A stretch of DNA of 64,000 nucleotides from the NCBI GenBank assembly GCA_000182565.2, contig KQ257453.1; one strand, written 5' to 3'. The number at the start of each line of letters is the position of its first letter. Positions within the stretch are counted from its first letter, which is position 1. Made by a program: the position numbers and the translations under genes. Below the pieces are notes generated by a model. It ran no database searches. It saw only the letters and a list, made by a program, of their open reading frames with translations, and had not been told where the DNA came from. The DNA comes from Spizellomyces punctatus DAOM BR117. Lineage: Eukaryota. Below are positions 49,262 to 64,000 of the stretch, piece by piece.

Positions 49262-52200
49262 ATGTCCAACGATATGATGGCACTGTACTGGGAGTTGGCC
49301 TCCGTCGACCCCACAGTACGTCAAAAAGCTGCCGACAAACTTGTCCGCGCTCTGTACACATTCCAGCATGATCTCCACCCAACACTGGAAAACGCCGTCT
49401 CAACGCCTTCAGGCGATAATTTGGACCAACTTTGTGCACAGGATGTATCGTACGGTATTAAGCGATTGCTGAGAGGGTTGCCTTCTTCGAGGGATGGAGC
49501 CCGGCAGGGGTTTGCGGTTGCTTTGACAGAGGTGGGTGTTGAGCTGCTCCCACGGGAACGAATTCAAAAAAATGACCAACTTTTTTTTTGCTCAGTTGCT
49601 GAAAAGTTTGGAATTTCTTCGAGTCTCAACGGCTCTGTCTCTACTCGCCAAACTGACACAAACCGAAGGAGCAAAAGGCCAGGAGGAGCGGGATATCCTG
49701 TTTGGACGGATCTTTGGGTTAATGGCCATATGTCAGGCGGACATGTTGGCAAGACCGCATACCACGATTGAAGATGTACAGGAGATGGTGACGAGGCTTT
49801 TGAAATATGCATCGAGCAAGTCGTACATCAAGGAGACTTGCTTCAAAGTGTTGATAACCATGGTGGAGAAGCTACATGAAACAAAACTAGAGGCGGAGGC
49901 TGTGGAGTATGTTATTCCCACTGTTTTGAGCAAGGGGATTGAGGGTCCAGAGGAGCTGTGGTTTGCTATTGTCATGCAATCTCGGTATCCAAAGTTTGCA
50001 TGGGCATCCGTCCTCCCATCCTGGAGAGATGGTTCAGTCCTCCACACAAAGAACAAGACACAGCTTGTCGCGATTCTCAAAGAGTCGACGTACACTATTC
50101 CACGCGTTCACTTGGTATGGGACGCCTTGTTGGATGCTGTGCTTACCAGCCCTCCATTAAGCAAGCTCTCCATTCGGGATTTATGGAGCGTCCTCGATGA
50201 CGCACTGTTTTCCTCCTCTTACGAACGCAAATTCCTTGGTTTACTCCTCTTTCAAAAGATTCTTCCCCGTCTTGATGCGACCGAGGTTCCATTCTTGTTC
50301 ACACCTCAACTCCTCCGCACACTGATCAACAACCTTGCGAAACACGACAATTACCTGCATAAAGTCGCCAAACAGACGGCCAGCATGCTTTCAACTGTGG
50401 CCTTAGAGCGGAAAGATGTTGCATTGCAGCTGGTGTTGCAGCTGGTCGGGAAGAATGGACATCAGAGGTTCGATCAGGTGACCAAGACGAAAACAGTTGA
50501 GAACATCTTGGGTAGCTTGGAAGGAGAAGGAATCGAAACCTACATCAAATATCTCCAAGACATGTTTGTAAACCAAGGTGAACCGGGTGACGCAGGGGAG
50601 GCGGATACTGTGAATCAACGCCGGCAATGGGCCGTAGACCAGATGTTGCTTCTTTTAAAGAACGGAAAGATCCCAAAGGAGGAAAAATGGATCCAGCGGA
50701 TTGCGCGTTTCGTATGGCTTCATGCTTTTTTCAAGGTTCAAAAAGCAGACCCAAAGGTGGATGTGATTCAAGTCCCGCGTCCAGAGGTATCCGACGCTAC
50801 TAGGGAACTTTGCACAGAAAGACTAGGTAGCTTGTTGGCCACACTTGCCGGAATTGCTTTGAAATCAACTGGAGGTGACATTTTCTCCTTCTTCTGGATC
50901 GACCGGTATGCGCAATACTGAATCTTTACTCTATTTTAGAAACGCGATTGGCCCCAGGGACCATGACAGATGGCCAGTATTGGGCAAACGATCTCCACAC
51001 CTTCACGGTGGATCTTTCCAAGAACAAGCGCGTATCGCTCCTGGTGGAACTAGACCAAGAAGCGCAACAAACCGTTCAAAACGCAACATCCACCCTTCAT
51101 TCCATTCAGAAGCGGATTACCAAACCCGAAGTGTCCCAAAACCGCGACGTCTTGGCCCAATACAAGGCCTTTGAGCTACTCTTCCTCCATCTTCTTCTCC
51201 ATGTGTATATTGAACCGGCGGAAGCTGTTGGCGTCCTCGACGAACTGAAGAATTGTTTTGACCTGTTTTTCCAGGACAAATCTGCAAGTCCTAAAAAGAG
51301 AAAGGCAAAGGATGCTGACGATATGGAAGAAGATCACGCTCCTATCGAGGTTTTGGTGGATATTTTGATCAGTTTCTTGGCGAAACCTTCCGCTCTCGTT
51401 AGGAGTTTGTCGCAGGATGTATTCAAAGTGTTTAATAACCAGTTGACGAAAAAGTCGTTGGACCTTATCTTTGAGGTTTGCACATTTTTATTTGTGATTG
51501 ATTTGCTGGTCGTCTGACTAAATGATTGTATTTGCTAGGTATTATCTGCAAAGGGCGGTGTTGCCGGTGCTCAAGAGCTCTTTGAGGAGGAGGAAGAAGA
51601 GGACGAGGATGTTGACATGGAGAGTGGTGATGCCATGGATGTTGATTCGAAACAAGAGGACGATGATGACGAAGACGATGAAGAAGAGGGCGAAGACGAG
51701 GACGAGGACGAAGATGATGATGATGAAGAAGAATCTGGAGAGGTGGACGAAGAGCTTCGACGTAAAATCAAGGAAGCCCTAGGCAATGCCGCCATCGACG
51801 AAGAAGATGATGATTCAGACGAAGAGGCATTTTTGGATGACGATGAAATGGAGGCATTTGATGATAAACTGGCAGAAATTTTCCGTCAACGAAAGGAAAT
51901 AAAAACCGCAAAGAAAGGTACTGTGACAAAAAACCTGTACTGTATTCCCCCTGCATTCCTCCATTTCTTATGAATCTCCACTCTTTCCAGATGTCAAAAA
52001 TCAAGTATTGCACTTTAAACTCCGTGTGGTCGACCTCCTCGACATCTTCCTCCGTAAATCTCCTCAAAACCCGCTCGTCATCGAACTCATCATGCCCCTC
52101 ATCAAGCTCATCACAAGCACCTCACGTAGCACAGACGACAAAGATCTCCACGAGAAACTCCTGTCCCTTGCTAAAAACAAGCTTTTCAGGCTCAGGGAAG

Positions 52201-53146
52201 TGCCGACGGAGCCTGCTCTGAATGTCGATCGGGCTGTGGAGGTATTGAAGGAGGTTCATGAGTATGCGCGCCGAGCAACGGATGCCACGTTGTTTGGGTT
52301 GTGTAATGGGGCGTCGTTACTCTTGACCAGGATCTTGAGTCATGTCAAGGAACCCATTCCTAAGAAGGAGGTGAAGAAGACACCAAAGAAGCGCAAGGTC
52401 GAGACAAAGGAGGTGTGTACAATAATTGTCGTACTGGTGTATTCTTTATGGTGCGGTCGAGATTTAATGGTTCTTTGCATTTCAGGCGCCAGACACAAAG
52501 CCCATGAGCCGCGTCGCATCAGTCTACCAAGAAACCTTGTCTGATTTTATGACCAAGAACAAAACCCGCGTCAAACCCGTTATCTTCCTTGATCTCATCA
52601 ACCGGTATCCGGTCTACGCCTGGGAACTCTTGCCCTCCCTCGTAGACTTTACATCCGAGTCTGTCGATGCCAAAGCGTACAATCTGGTCCAAGCGTACAA
52701 CATTATCAGCCGGATTATGAAACAGGCACCCAAAGGGGAGGATGAGGAGCGGGCCAAGGTTGTCAAAGAGGTTTTGCCCAAATTGGCAGAGAATTTTATC
52801 CGCACTTTGCAGCAGGCAGTTGACGGAGAGGTGGATGGGCCGAGGAGTTTAGGAAAGGAGAGGGTAAAGGATTTGCTAAAGGATATGATGGCGGTTGCCA
52901 GGCGAAGTGTAAAGCTGATTGATGATCAGGATGAGGTAAGAAGATGACTGCTACTTGAATTTTCTGCAACAAAACATTGTGATGCTAATCCTGGTGTTGA
53001 ATGATGATAAGATTTCAAAACTGTGGCGAGCGGACGAGATACGACAAGCTTTGGACCGATTATGTGACAGTGAGCGATTCCAAGGCGTTACCTCCCTGAA
53101 GGGTCAAAGCAAGCAGCTGTTGGCGTTGGTGGAGAAGAAAGCCTAA
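49262..53146 (+). CDS. POL5: DNA polymerase phi / Pol5 / MYBBP1A (ribosome biogenesis)
   Basis: LYWELAS..YGIKRLLRGLPSSRDGARQGFAVALTE, SSYERKFLG, LRTLINNL, FDQVTKTKTV, IEVLVDILISFLAKPS, acidic tract with FDDKLAEIF, HFKLRVVDLL. Confidence 0.93.
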
Positions 53147-53270
53147 TTTGGGTGTAGATTGGGATGTGTGCACGAATTTGTATCATATGCTGCATCATGT
53201 TATTTATTTTGGTATTAGAATATATTTGTTTTGCCTAGCTGTCCACAGCCTCATTGCATAAAGTGGTACT

Positions 53271-54029
53271 CTACCAAAATTTTAGCCAACCCCAACGTCC
53301 CGTGGACGTCTTGTCCTCATTCCCGAGCAACTGTCTCTCACGCTCGTTGAGTAGTTTGAGTGTGTCCTCCAAAAATCTTCGCACGAGTAACAACTCGCGC
53401 TTATCAATTCCCTCCAGTTTCTTTATTTCGGCGACAGAGTCCAGATCTGCTAGCGCTGCTGCCACCTTTGCTTTTGCGAGAGTCAAGTAGCTTGCTGTAA
53501 GAGATAAAAAAAAAAGGATGGGCTGTTTGAACCGTTAGAAAGCAACAGAATGGGTATCTGAACGCTTACCATCCGCGTTGCTCCAGTTATACGCAAGATT
53601 GAGTCTGTAATCTCCAAATATCCCAGACAAGTCCAATGCGGAATGACTTTTGGCTTCTTCCGTCTCTCCCTCCTTTTTCTCCACGACTTTCTCGTCGTCG
53701 TCTTTATCATCCTCGTCGTCATCATCATCCGGTTGATACACAAATATTCCCCAATCCGCCAACAATCCTGATCCATGGCTGGCTATAAACGACCCAATCG
53801 TAACACCAGACACGGCAACTATGAGCAGTTTGGTCCATGCTCGCCAAGAGAGATCCGTGAGGTCTTCTGCAATGGCATCGAGAGAGAGGGAAGTGGCAGT
53901 TTTGTGGCTGGATATGATTTGGGGGTGGCCTTGAGTGTGAAAATAGAGTGCAGGGCGGACATGGGTGTGTACTTTAAGTGGTAATGGAGGCCGAAAACGA
54001 AACGGGAATCTTGTTAATATTCTGCTCAT
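53271..54029 (-). CDS. EMRE (SMDT1)-like essential MCU regulator with C-terminal extension
   Basis: Arg-rich presequence, TM KLLIVAVSGVTIGSFIASHGSGLLADWGIFVYQP, then acidic DDDDDEDDKDDDE. Compare animal EMRE RVFSIVIPFLYVGTLISKNFAALLEEHDIFVPEDDDDDD. Intron 53495-53569 joins the frames (~227 aa). Confidence 0.75.
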
Positions 54030-55059
54030 TGGTGTTTTGTGTTTACAGTTGGTGAGTTGGATTTTTGTCCAGCGTGGTCATGGAAGCAAAAGACGCGTCG
54101 CGTCGCGTTCGAGTCGAAAAACGCATCAAACTCGCGTCCTTTTCAGATGTCATTTGCTCTCCCTCTTTCTCTCTCTTGCTCTACAAACGTGACATTATTT
54201 GTAGGTATTTTTCATGCGTATGGGGGGCGTATGGGGGGCATGGGCAGTTTGGTATCCATTCCTGCGGGAACAGAACGGATGGGTGGTATGATGGAATGAT
54301 AAACATTCGACTACCCACTGCTGCATCATTTGTTATCAGTGGTACCCCCTGCTCTGCAAAACGAAACAATGAAACGTCGACCATGGAAACACACAAGTGC
54401 TGTTTTTGAGGTAAGCGCTGGTAATCGCCTTGTAAATTGCCCCCGTAGACGAGAAAAACACGAAATCGCGTGCTTAAATAAGCAGAAGCCAAACGCGTTC
54501 TTCCAAAGAGCGGAGTTGCATTGTGCATTTATGCCCATTTATAGATATATGGAATATCCATATATGGAAATAGATATTGTTCCCACACACGAACGGCTTT
54601 GCGTTTCCACTCGACGGTCACATTTCCCCCCCCCCCCCCCAGCGTCCTTTTTCCGCCAGTGCGTTCGGACATCTCTTTTTCTCGTCGCCTGCATTTCATC
54701 ACTCATCTGGGCAACAAAGGACTTTTAGTGCAACGCCTACTTTTTTTTGCTTTCTCTCCTCTTGCTGCACTTTAAGGTAAGGAACCTACGCATCGTCTTT
54801 GGTGAGAAAACGGGGAGCAGAGCGGAGTTGAATCCGGACCTGGGAATCCCCCAGGTTGATCGCTTTTGACGCGCAACGAGGAACTCTATAAAACCAGAGT
54901 TTCCGTTTTGAACACTCCTTCTACTGTCGTGTATGCGTTGCTATTCACTGTCGTGGTAGCAGCAACGTCAAAAGTGGTGGTGTCTCGCTTTTTTTTGTAC
55001 GCGGTACTCATCTCGAGCCAATCTGTTTCCTGTTCAGTCACACAGATTAAAACACCAGG

Positions 55060-56849
<1,790 letters not shown>

Positions 56850-57498
56850 GCAACTCGACCGTAGTGGGAGGGAGAAAGCAAACCAGTGTAGAGCTCTTTA
56901 CCTTATTATAAGTAACCAAAGTTGTGTGTCCTCTGCTTGTGGTGTCTTGAGTGTTTTTTTCAAATAAAAAAAAAGTAAAAAAAAAAAAACAATCGTCCGT
57001 CTCGTGTTGGTCAATTGCTTGGTTTTTTGCATTCTGATTTTATATGCACAATACTCTTGTATCTTCGGTACGCCGAAAGATATGCATTCCACAATATACG
57101 TGCAATTTGCAATTCGGTTAGTTGCAGAAGTCTACCCTACCGAGAAACTTGATAATTCCCAGAGTCATCCCAAACACGTTGGCCAATTACCAGTACCTTC
57201 AAACCACCTCAGAAAACCCCCCAAAAGTACGGCAGAGTACAAACAGAACCCTATTATAATCGAGAGAAACCAAGTCCAACTTCCTACCATGAATTGACAA
57301 TAAAGAGACAAAAGAAAGGGTTCACGCCATTCCAAGTGCAAAGGAACCCATAAAGAAACAAACCAGTAAACCTTTCAGCCCTCAAAATATATATCGATTC
57401 CCACCACTCTCAACAACACACAAGTAACAAAAAAAAAAAGAAATCATGTACACTAGATTAAGTTCCATCATGTTTTTCTATAATTCTATCGGGGCATA

Positions 57499-60400
57499 TC
57501 AAGCCTTCTTGCTCAAGAGACTAATGTACCACGAAGATCGTTTGGCGGGTGCGTCTGATGTATCTGTCATACGGAAATGTTAGTACGAGTTTTGGGCACC
57601 GATGAGACATCATTCGCCTTACCAAGTTGAGAAAGTTGGGAAAGGGGGGATAATCTGTTGTGTACATTAGGGGAAGTTGGCAAATGAGATGAGAGAATGG
57701 AATAAGAAGTCTAGTCAGAGATACGTACGGTTCCTGTCCTTCACTTTCACCAGCGGCCACAAACGTCCCACCCCCTCCACGAAGGGGTTTGGCGATACGG
57801 GAAGAGTAGAGCCAGCTGCTTGTGGGTTGTTGTTGGGTTTGAGCTAAAAAGTAAAGGTTACTTGTGAGCGATTCAAAAGCCAAAAGGATTGTGAACAAAC
57901 ACAACGTACATCGAGCTTCTTGGACTTTTTCGCGCATGGCAGCTAGCTGTGCCTCGAACTTATGGTTCTGGAGCTCCAGTTTCGTTTGAGCATCTTGTAA
58001 AAGAGTTTCGAGATTTTGTATTCGCTCGTTTCTAGCCGACAATTTACGTTCCGCAACCGCCACCTCCTTTTTCAATGTCGTATTTTGCTCCACAAGTGTT
58101 TTCTGAACCGCAGTCAGTTGCTCCAGATTGCGCTCCAAAAAGGCCATCTTCTGCTGCTGGGCTCGCGAATTGGACGTCCGGAGAATGGAATTGTACTGTT
58201 CCCGCACGTCATCCAGGGAGATTTCGAGTTCAACGACCTTTTCGCAGCGGTTTTGGAGATCGCGCATCAGCTTCTTTTTCATAGTGTCAAACTCGGCCAA
58301 TTGGTGGGTCATGCTCTTGCGAATCGCTTCGATTTCCGCGCGCGCCTGCGTGTCGACGGCGGAAGATTGGTCGAGTGATTTCATAGAGTTCATAGAGTCT
58401 GTTACAGACTGGTTGTGCAAAGGATTATGAAATTAGTATGTAGCAAGGATTGACCTGAAAGACGCGGTGCTCAGTGCTCACTTTAAGATTCTCTGTAATT
58501 TTCGCTTGGTCCGTCATCATGCTGCAAAGATATTCCGTGTAAGGAGAGATTTCATGAAAAGACTCGGGCACAAACCGCCTCACCTCTGCACTCTAGCAAT
58601 CTCATCGTCCTTTCTCGCTAGAAGGGTCTTGAAATCTTCCATCTCCTTTTCTTGCATCTCTTTACGGGACTCGTATGTTGATTCCAGCTTGGCCTATTGC
58701 ATATATCAGTGCATGACGCGGATGCAATATTTCAAAACTGGAAACACCAACCTTCAGCTCTTCAAACATGTGAGCAACCTCCGGCCCGGCATTTTGTGTC
58801 TCCTCATGAATCGTCTTGTCCAAAAGCTCCTCATACTCTCTTTGCAAGGTCACCACCTGCCGTTCCAGTTCCTCCTTCCGCTTAGCTAGATGCCCCGCGT
58901 CCTCCTCCGCGATTTTGGTTTTCACCATTAGATCATCAATTAGTGCTTCCTGTTGAGTCAATTGGGCCTTCACGTCGAGGAGTTCATAATGCTGAGATTC
59001 TATTTCCTCGGGGTTTGTGGGAGGCTCAGAGTTTTCCTTCATATGAGCGAGTTTGGCAAGGGTAGAGCGGAGCTGCTTTTCCTTTTCGGTCATAGAAGCC
59101 TGTAATGGTGTACGATGTGAGTCTTCTTTACCTTGCTCAGGATACACCATCTGTCAGCACTTACGGATGGGTCAAACTCGGCCATCATTTGCGCCATCTT
59201 TTCCTTCTTCCGTTTTTCTTTCTCTTCCTCACTGATGGTGAGGACCGGTTGCGCGGATTGCAACTCGATGATCCGTTTCTATTTCCGCAAAGTCATGAAT
59301 CACTGCTTGTAGGCCAGCTCAACAGTCGGGTTATACCTTCAATTCATCGATTTCCTTGGACATTTCTGTATTGGCATCCTTCAAGCTGTCTACGGTAATC
59401 GCGCTGTCCTTGTTCTCAAAGGAGAGCTTCTCCATTTGAAGTTTGAGTTCACCCAATGTTGTGTTTAATTCCTTGTTTTCCTGTAACACAACGTCAGGCA
59501 AAGGCGCAAGCAACATGAAGAACGTTCATATATACCTGAGCCAATGCAGAGTCATCCTTCCGCAAAGAGGCCAGCTCCTCATTCATGGCTTCCGCATCCT
59601 TCTTCAATCGTTCTAATTGGGCTTCTTTCTCAGCTAATTGATCCGACAGCTCATTCTCGCGCTTCAAGAAGTCTTCGCGCTCATCGTCTGCTATTGGGAG
59701 AGCGGGCGTTGAGGAGCGGGCTACAACATCCGCAACAGAGGGTGGAGGAACGACGGTTGAAGCACGGTCCTGAAGGTAGTTTTGAGGTGTTACCCAATCC
59801 TTTTCTGGCACTGTTCCCCCCGAGCGCCAAATGCTCAGTTCGCCCTCAAGTGCGTTGGAATAGCTTTGCAAGGAGGCAATGTCGGCTTTAGATTTTTTGA
59901 GTAAGGCTTTCAGTTCCCCTGGACTGAGTTCAGCGTTAATCTTGGCCTTGTTCTTGATCGTCTTTGCTCGCATCCCGAAGCGCAAGGTGGAGAGCGTCTC
60001 GGATTCGTTGAATGATGACGGCGAGCAGTTGATGATGAGCGTTGTTCTCGAGTTTCCACCGAGCGACTCTTGGAGGATACGCGTCAGCTTCGAGTCACGG
60101 TACGGGATGTGTGATGATTTGCCGTCCGTGAGAGCATTGATGACCATTCCCAACGCTGACAGGGACTTGTTGATCTTTTTCGCTTCTTCAAGAGTCTGTC
60201 CTGAGGCACCCGTTTTACCAACTTTTTCTGAACCAGCAAGATCGACCAATGACAGTTTCCCGACTTTTTGGCTCCCGTCGTTCAAATTCTTTTGCGTGAT
60301 GGTCAAGACAAAGATGGAGTGACTTCGGGAACTCTCTGCATTCATATTTGTGTGTGCAACGACTCGTGAGCTCTGTCCACGCCGCATGGCCTCATATACC

Positions 60401-61211
60401 TCGTCTATCGATCCGACAAAGACTTCTAAGAGGCCCTTGACATAGACGCCTCGGGTCTTCTCTTCATGAATGGGGAGATTATCATTGCTGGGATTCAACA
60501 AATCACGGATCTTTTCCATGTAAATTTCCATGAAGGAGACGCGGACGGTAAATTCGAGATGGGGAGGGGAAGTAAAAATGGTTGAAAAGATGTTTTCGAC
60601 GATACGCGGTGTCAATCCCTTCATTTCCTCATTTTCCATGTCACCCTATAACCTCGCCTGTCAGCCCCGCAATGCCTGTTATACAAAGGGGATCCAGCAA
60701 TATACCATCATTGTGTGCGTCTTTCCACTCCCAGTTTGTCCATACGCAAAGATTGTTCCATTGTATCCCCTCATAACATCTAACATGCTTGGAATCAGAT
60801 ACCGCGTATCGTCAAGACAACCATTGCGCAGTTACCTTCTATCACAGCGCTCGCAGAATAGGCGAATACAAGCTCCTGAGTTGTATTCCAGTCGAACACG
60901 CGGTCAAAGTTGAAGGTGCCAGGGTAATCTTTACTCTGCAAAGTGTCAGGTCAGTGGATTTAGGTCGTCTGATATTGAGAACATGGCATGATGCTGTGCT
61001 CACCTCCAGCCGAACGCTCGTCATCTCATCATCAAACTGCACAACCGGCACACCACCCTCTTTGATTTCCCTCCCATTTTGCGGTCGAAACCGGCAAACA
61101 ACTCTAATGGAATCTACAAAGGGAGAGTCGGTTGAGATCATCAGATATGTGAGATCTGCAACCAGTAAGAGCCATACCTCCTGCTGCCCTGCTTGGGCTG
61201 TCTGCTAGCAT
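57499..61211 (-). CDS. Kinesin-1 heavy chain (fungal conventional kinesin)
   Basis: [43 protein letters not shown], tail [20 protein letters not shown] and IAKPLRGGG, end KRSSWY. Confidence 0.96.
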
Positions 61212-61653
61212 TTTGTTTGTGTTTTTGTGGGGATGCTAATGGGTAGGAGGAGGGTTTGAGCAAACAGGAAAGTGACGCTACAGTGAAGCAACCCAGTTAC
61301 ATTAATAAAATAATATCAGATCTAAGCGTCAGCTCCACTCGTCTGAACCAAAGGGAGGTGCATCTATCCGTCCTTGTACAAAAAACCAAGAGGTCCTACT
61401 AATAATATTGTAATCTATAAAAACCAAATGACAAGCTCGCAAATGTAAAATAAACCCGTAGGTGCCCAACGAACAGAAGCCGCTAGCCGTTTAAACGCGA
61501 AACGGTTTCATGCATCATAATTTTATTGCACGTGATTGCATTCATGTAACCATTTCTGGATTAATGAAGCATGTGATATGTGGATCTTGAAGTTTCTTTT
61601 TGGGATGAAGAGGTCCTGCGAATTTGGGAATTTCTGGTCATTGCTTTATGGGC

Positions 61654-62890
61654 ATGTCCACGCACGACGAGGACCAAGATGCCACCAGCCAGTCGAGGCA
61701 GGATAACACAGGAACTACACTGCAAGAACCAACATGGGAGCAACTTTCGGACCGTATTGCAAAACGCCTGGTAACAGCGTCCCCACTAGCGTTTTGCTTG
61801 TTTCTCGGATATCTCACACCTATTAGCATCACATTCGGATAGAATTAAAACGCGGCGCTAAAAAAGCCAAGACGTTCGAAACCCGGAAACTCGTTAAAAA
61901 GCTCCGTTTCTTTCGGAAACAGTATGACCAAGCCAAAAATGACGAGAGCACTCCAGACGAGATCAAACTTCAGCGACAGAAGATGGTTGAAAAATTTGAG
62001 GCCGATGTGGAGAGTATAAAGGTGTGTATGCAAGGACCTCTAATAACCCCGGCTTCAAGGACTAGACTAATTGCATAGTACAAGCACATCAACATGGACA
62101 AGATCGTGCACAACGCATTTGCTGCCTGCCTATCCAAATCCTCTCTGCCGCACCTCCCCAACCTTTTATCCACATGGGACTCCGCGAAAGACTGGACCCA
62201 AACGGATCAGAATACTCCATCCGTTACTCGAGTTGAGCAGCGACTATCTTCCTCTGAACCAATTCGGGATGCGGCGGAAGGAGCTATCGAAGATTTGCAT
62301 TGCCTATTAACCGGAGTACGATCAAAGACACGGAAGCGGAAGAAGAATCCTCCAACGCAGAAACTCTCCACTGTGTCCAAAGTCTCTGTGCAAACTGACG
62401 ATGACGATGACGAGGCCGACTCGGACGAGATGTCACGGCCTGTAACGTCTGCCTTCATCGCTTCTCTGGGTGATAGCGACTCAGAGTTGGATCTTAGTGT
62501 GTCGGAAGTTGAGGAAAGCGACTACGACCAGCCAGCCTCTAAGAAAGTCAAAAAGAATCGACAGGGACAAAGAGCTCGGCGAGCGTACGTTTTGATATCC
62601 TGGTATTCCGTCTTTAGCTCATCGACTCACCGCAGCGTGTTATTTTGAACAGCCAAGCAGAAAAGCTTTATGGCCAAAGGGCAAAGCACCTCCAAAACGC
62701 CTCTCATCCACCACCAAACTCCAAACGCGCCCCTTCATCAACAACAACACAACCTGTCAAAGAAGTCCCAAAAGAGACGCTCCACCCATCATGGGAAGCC
62801 AAACGCAAGGCAAAGGAAGCGCAGAGCATGATTTTGCAGGCTGGCAAACCAAAGAAGATTGTGTTTGGGTCTGAATCCGATGAGGATTAG
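61654..62890 (+). CDS. BUD22: Bud22 / SRFBP1-like ribosome biogenesis protein
   Basis: KKNRQGQRARRA/QAEKLYGQRAKHL..LHPSWEAKRKAKE..PKKIVF. Three introns. Confidence 0.85.
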
Positions 62891-63092
62891 ACCATCGCCT
62901 GTATGTTTTTTTGGACAATTATTGTACATAGAATTTCATTGAGGGATGGCGACTACGATTCAAAGCACCATATTGAAAATCATTAAACACTATGATATAC
63001 ACGCGAATGTGAAAAATACTCCAATTGGATAAGACCCAAACGCTTGACTGCGTCTCCCGTTCTGATCCTCCTATACTCCTTTCTTATTCTTC

Positions 63093-64000
63093 TCATGAGG
63101 TTGCTCCCGCGGATTCTCCTGTTATGGATTTGCCTGTTAGTGTAATTCCGCCTTTGCCAACTACATGTGCAAGAGGAAGTTAGTTCAAAATATGGTCCAC
63201 GCAATGAGCTCTCCATGCTCCAGCATCCTAACCCCTCCAAACTCCGAACAACTGCTTGACACTCACTATCAATAATCCCCTTGGTTTTGAGCACGTAGAG
63301 TACAATCGCCACAACCACTAGCACAACAATCAACAAAATAAACACGATGAAGATCTTATCGGTCGCCATTCGTCTCAAAAACACACGCAATTGCTTTTCG
63401 GCTCGTTTGAGATTACTTTCCACCGTCGCAAGATCTTCCTGAATCTTGGACATCTGATTTCCCTGTTTCAAAACTTCATCTTTAACAGCCAATCCCATCT
63501 CCAACGTTTCCTCCACAATACGTTTCGTCCTTGCCGTCGACTGCTGGGTCTGCTCCTGGATTTGAATTGCGGTTTGAGTGATTTCTTTATTCGACATATC
63601 GTCGATAGTTTTTTTTTGCTTCAGATCATCGGTTTGGGCGGTTGTTTCGGCCCATTGGACATCTTGCGTTAGTTGGGCGATTTTCTGCTCGTAGGCTTTG
63701 GCTTTTTGATCCCAGGTGGTTGTTGGAGGGGGAAGTTCGCGGATTTCGACGAGGAGGGTTCTGTGTAGTTTTTTGGCGCGGTTTAGCCGGTTTTTGAGGT
63801 AGCTACATTTCTGGTTTAGGATGCCGAGCGGGTGTGGTAAGGAAAGAGTGGAGGCGGTCGCCCAGTGAATACCAACCTCATAGAACTGATATTGTAATTC
63901 AGAAACAAACCTCCATACGCTCCTGCCCTTTCAGTCTTGGTAGTTCCTTCCCCAACACATTCTCAATCTGCTCAAGCACCTCTTGCATTTCCTCATCGTA
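63093..64000 (-). CDS. Qb-SNARE, NPSN (novel plant SNARE) type; 5' end outside window
   Basis: Habc region, SNARE motif with central Q (VLKQGNQM), LRRMATDKIFIVFILLIV plus TM. Confidence 0.8.

Noticed and set aside
25694-54029. CCDC90/MCUR1-like and EMRE-like genes as a calcium uniporter gene cluster
   Set aside because: They are ~27 kb apart with unrelated genes between them, and fungal CCDC90/FMP32 homologs exist without MCU.
54545-54640. 9-bp inverted repeat ATATATGGA/TCCATATAT and poly-C run
   Set aside because: Short and low complexity; no supportable function.

Overview
Intron-rich eukaryotic DNA with short GT-AG introns (about 40-130 nt). It comes from a flagellated (zoosporic) fungus, most likely a chytrid. 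Support: a CFAP57/WDR65 axonemal gene, a beta-tubulin with the axonemal EGEF motif, an NPSN-type SNARE, a fungal kinesin-1 and an EMRE-like gene. About 0.9-12.7 kb is an accessory, decaying region holding a frameshifted ABCB transporter remnant, a histone-H3-fold protein with a long acidic N-terminus, orphan ORFs, a BMT5/DUF2431-like methyltransferase gene and several local duplications. The rest is mostly housekeeping genes: a metaxin/FAX-like GST, PHO84, tRNA-Leu(AAG), isopentenyl phosphate kinase, CCDC90/FMP32, transketolase, SHY1, CDC34, a WD40 protein, POL5, beta-tubulin, kinesin-1 and BUD22. The most notable observations are the acidic H3-like protein, the EMRE homolog, a secreted protein of a bacterial-type His-rich helical family, an intronless IPK, and a recurring C-rich-then-G-rich composition within exons. 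All family assignments come from motif recognition by eye; no database searches were run, and splice coordinates are inferred.
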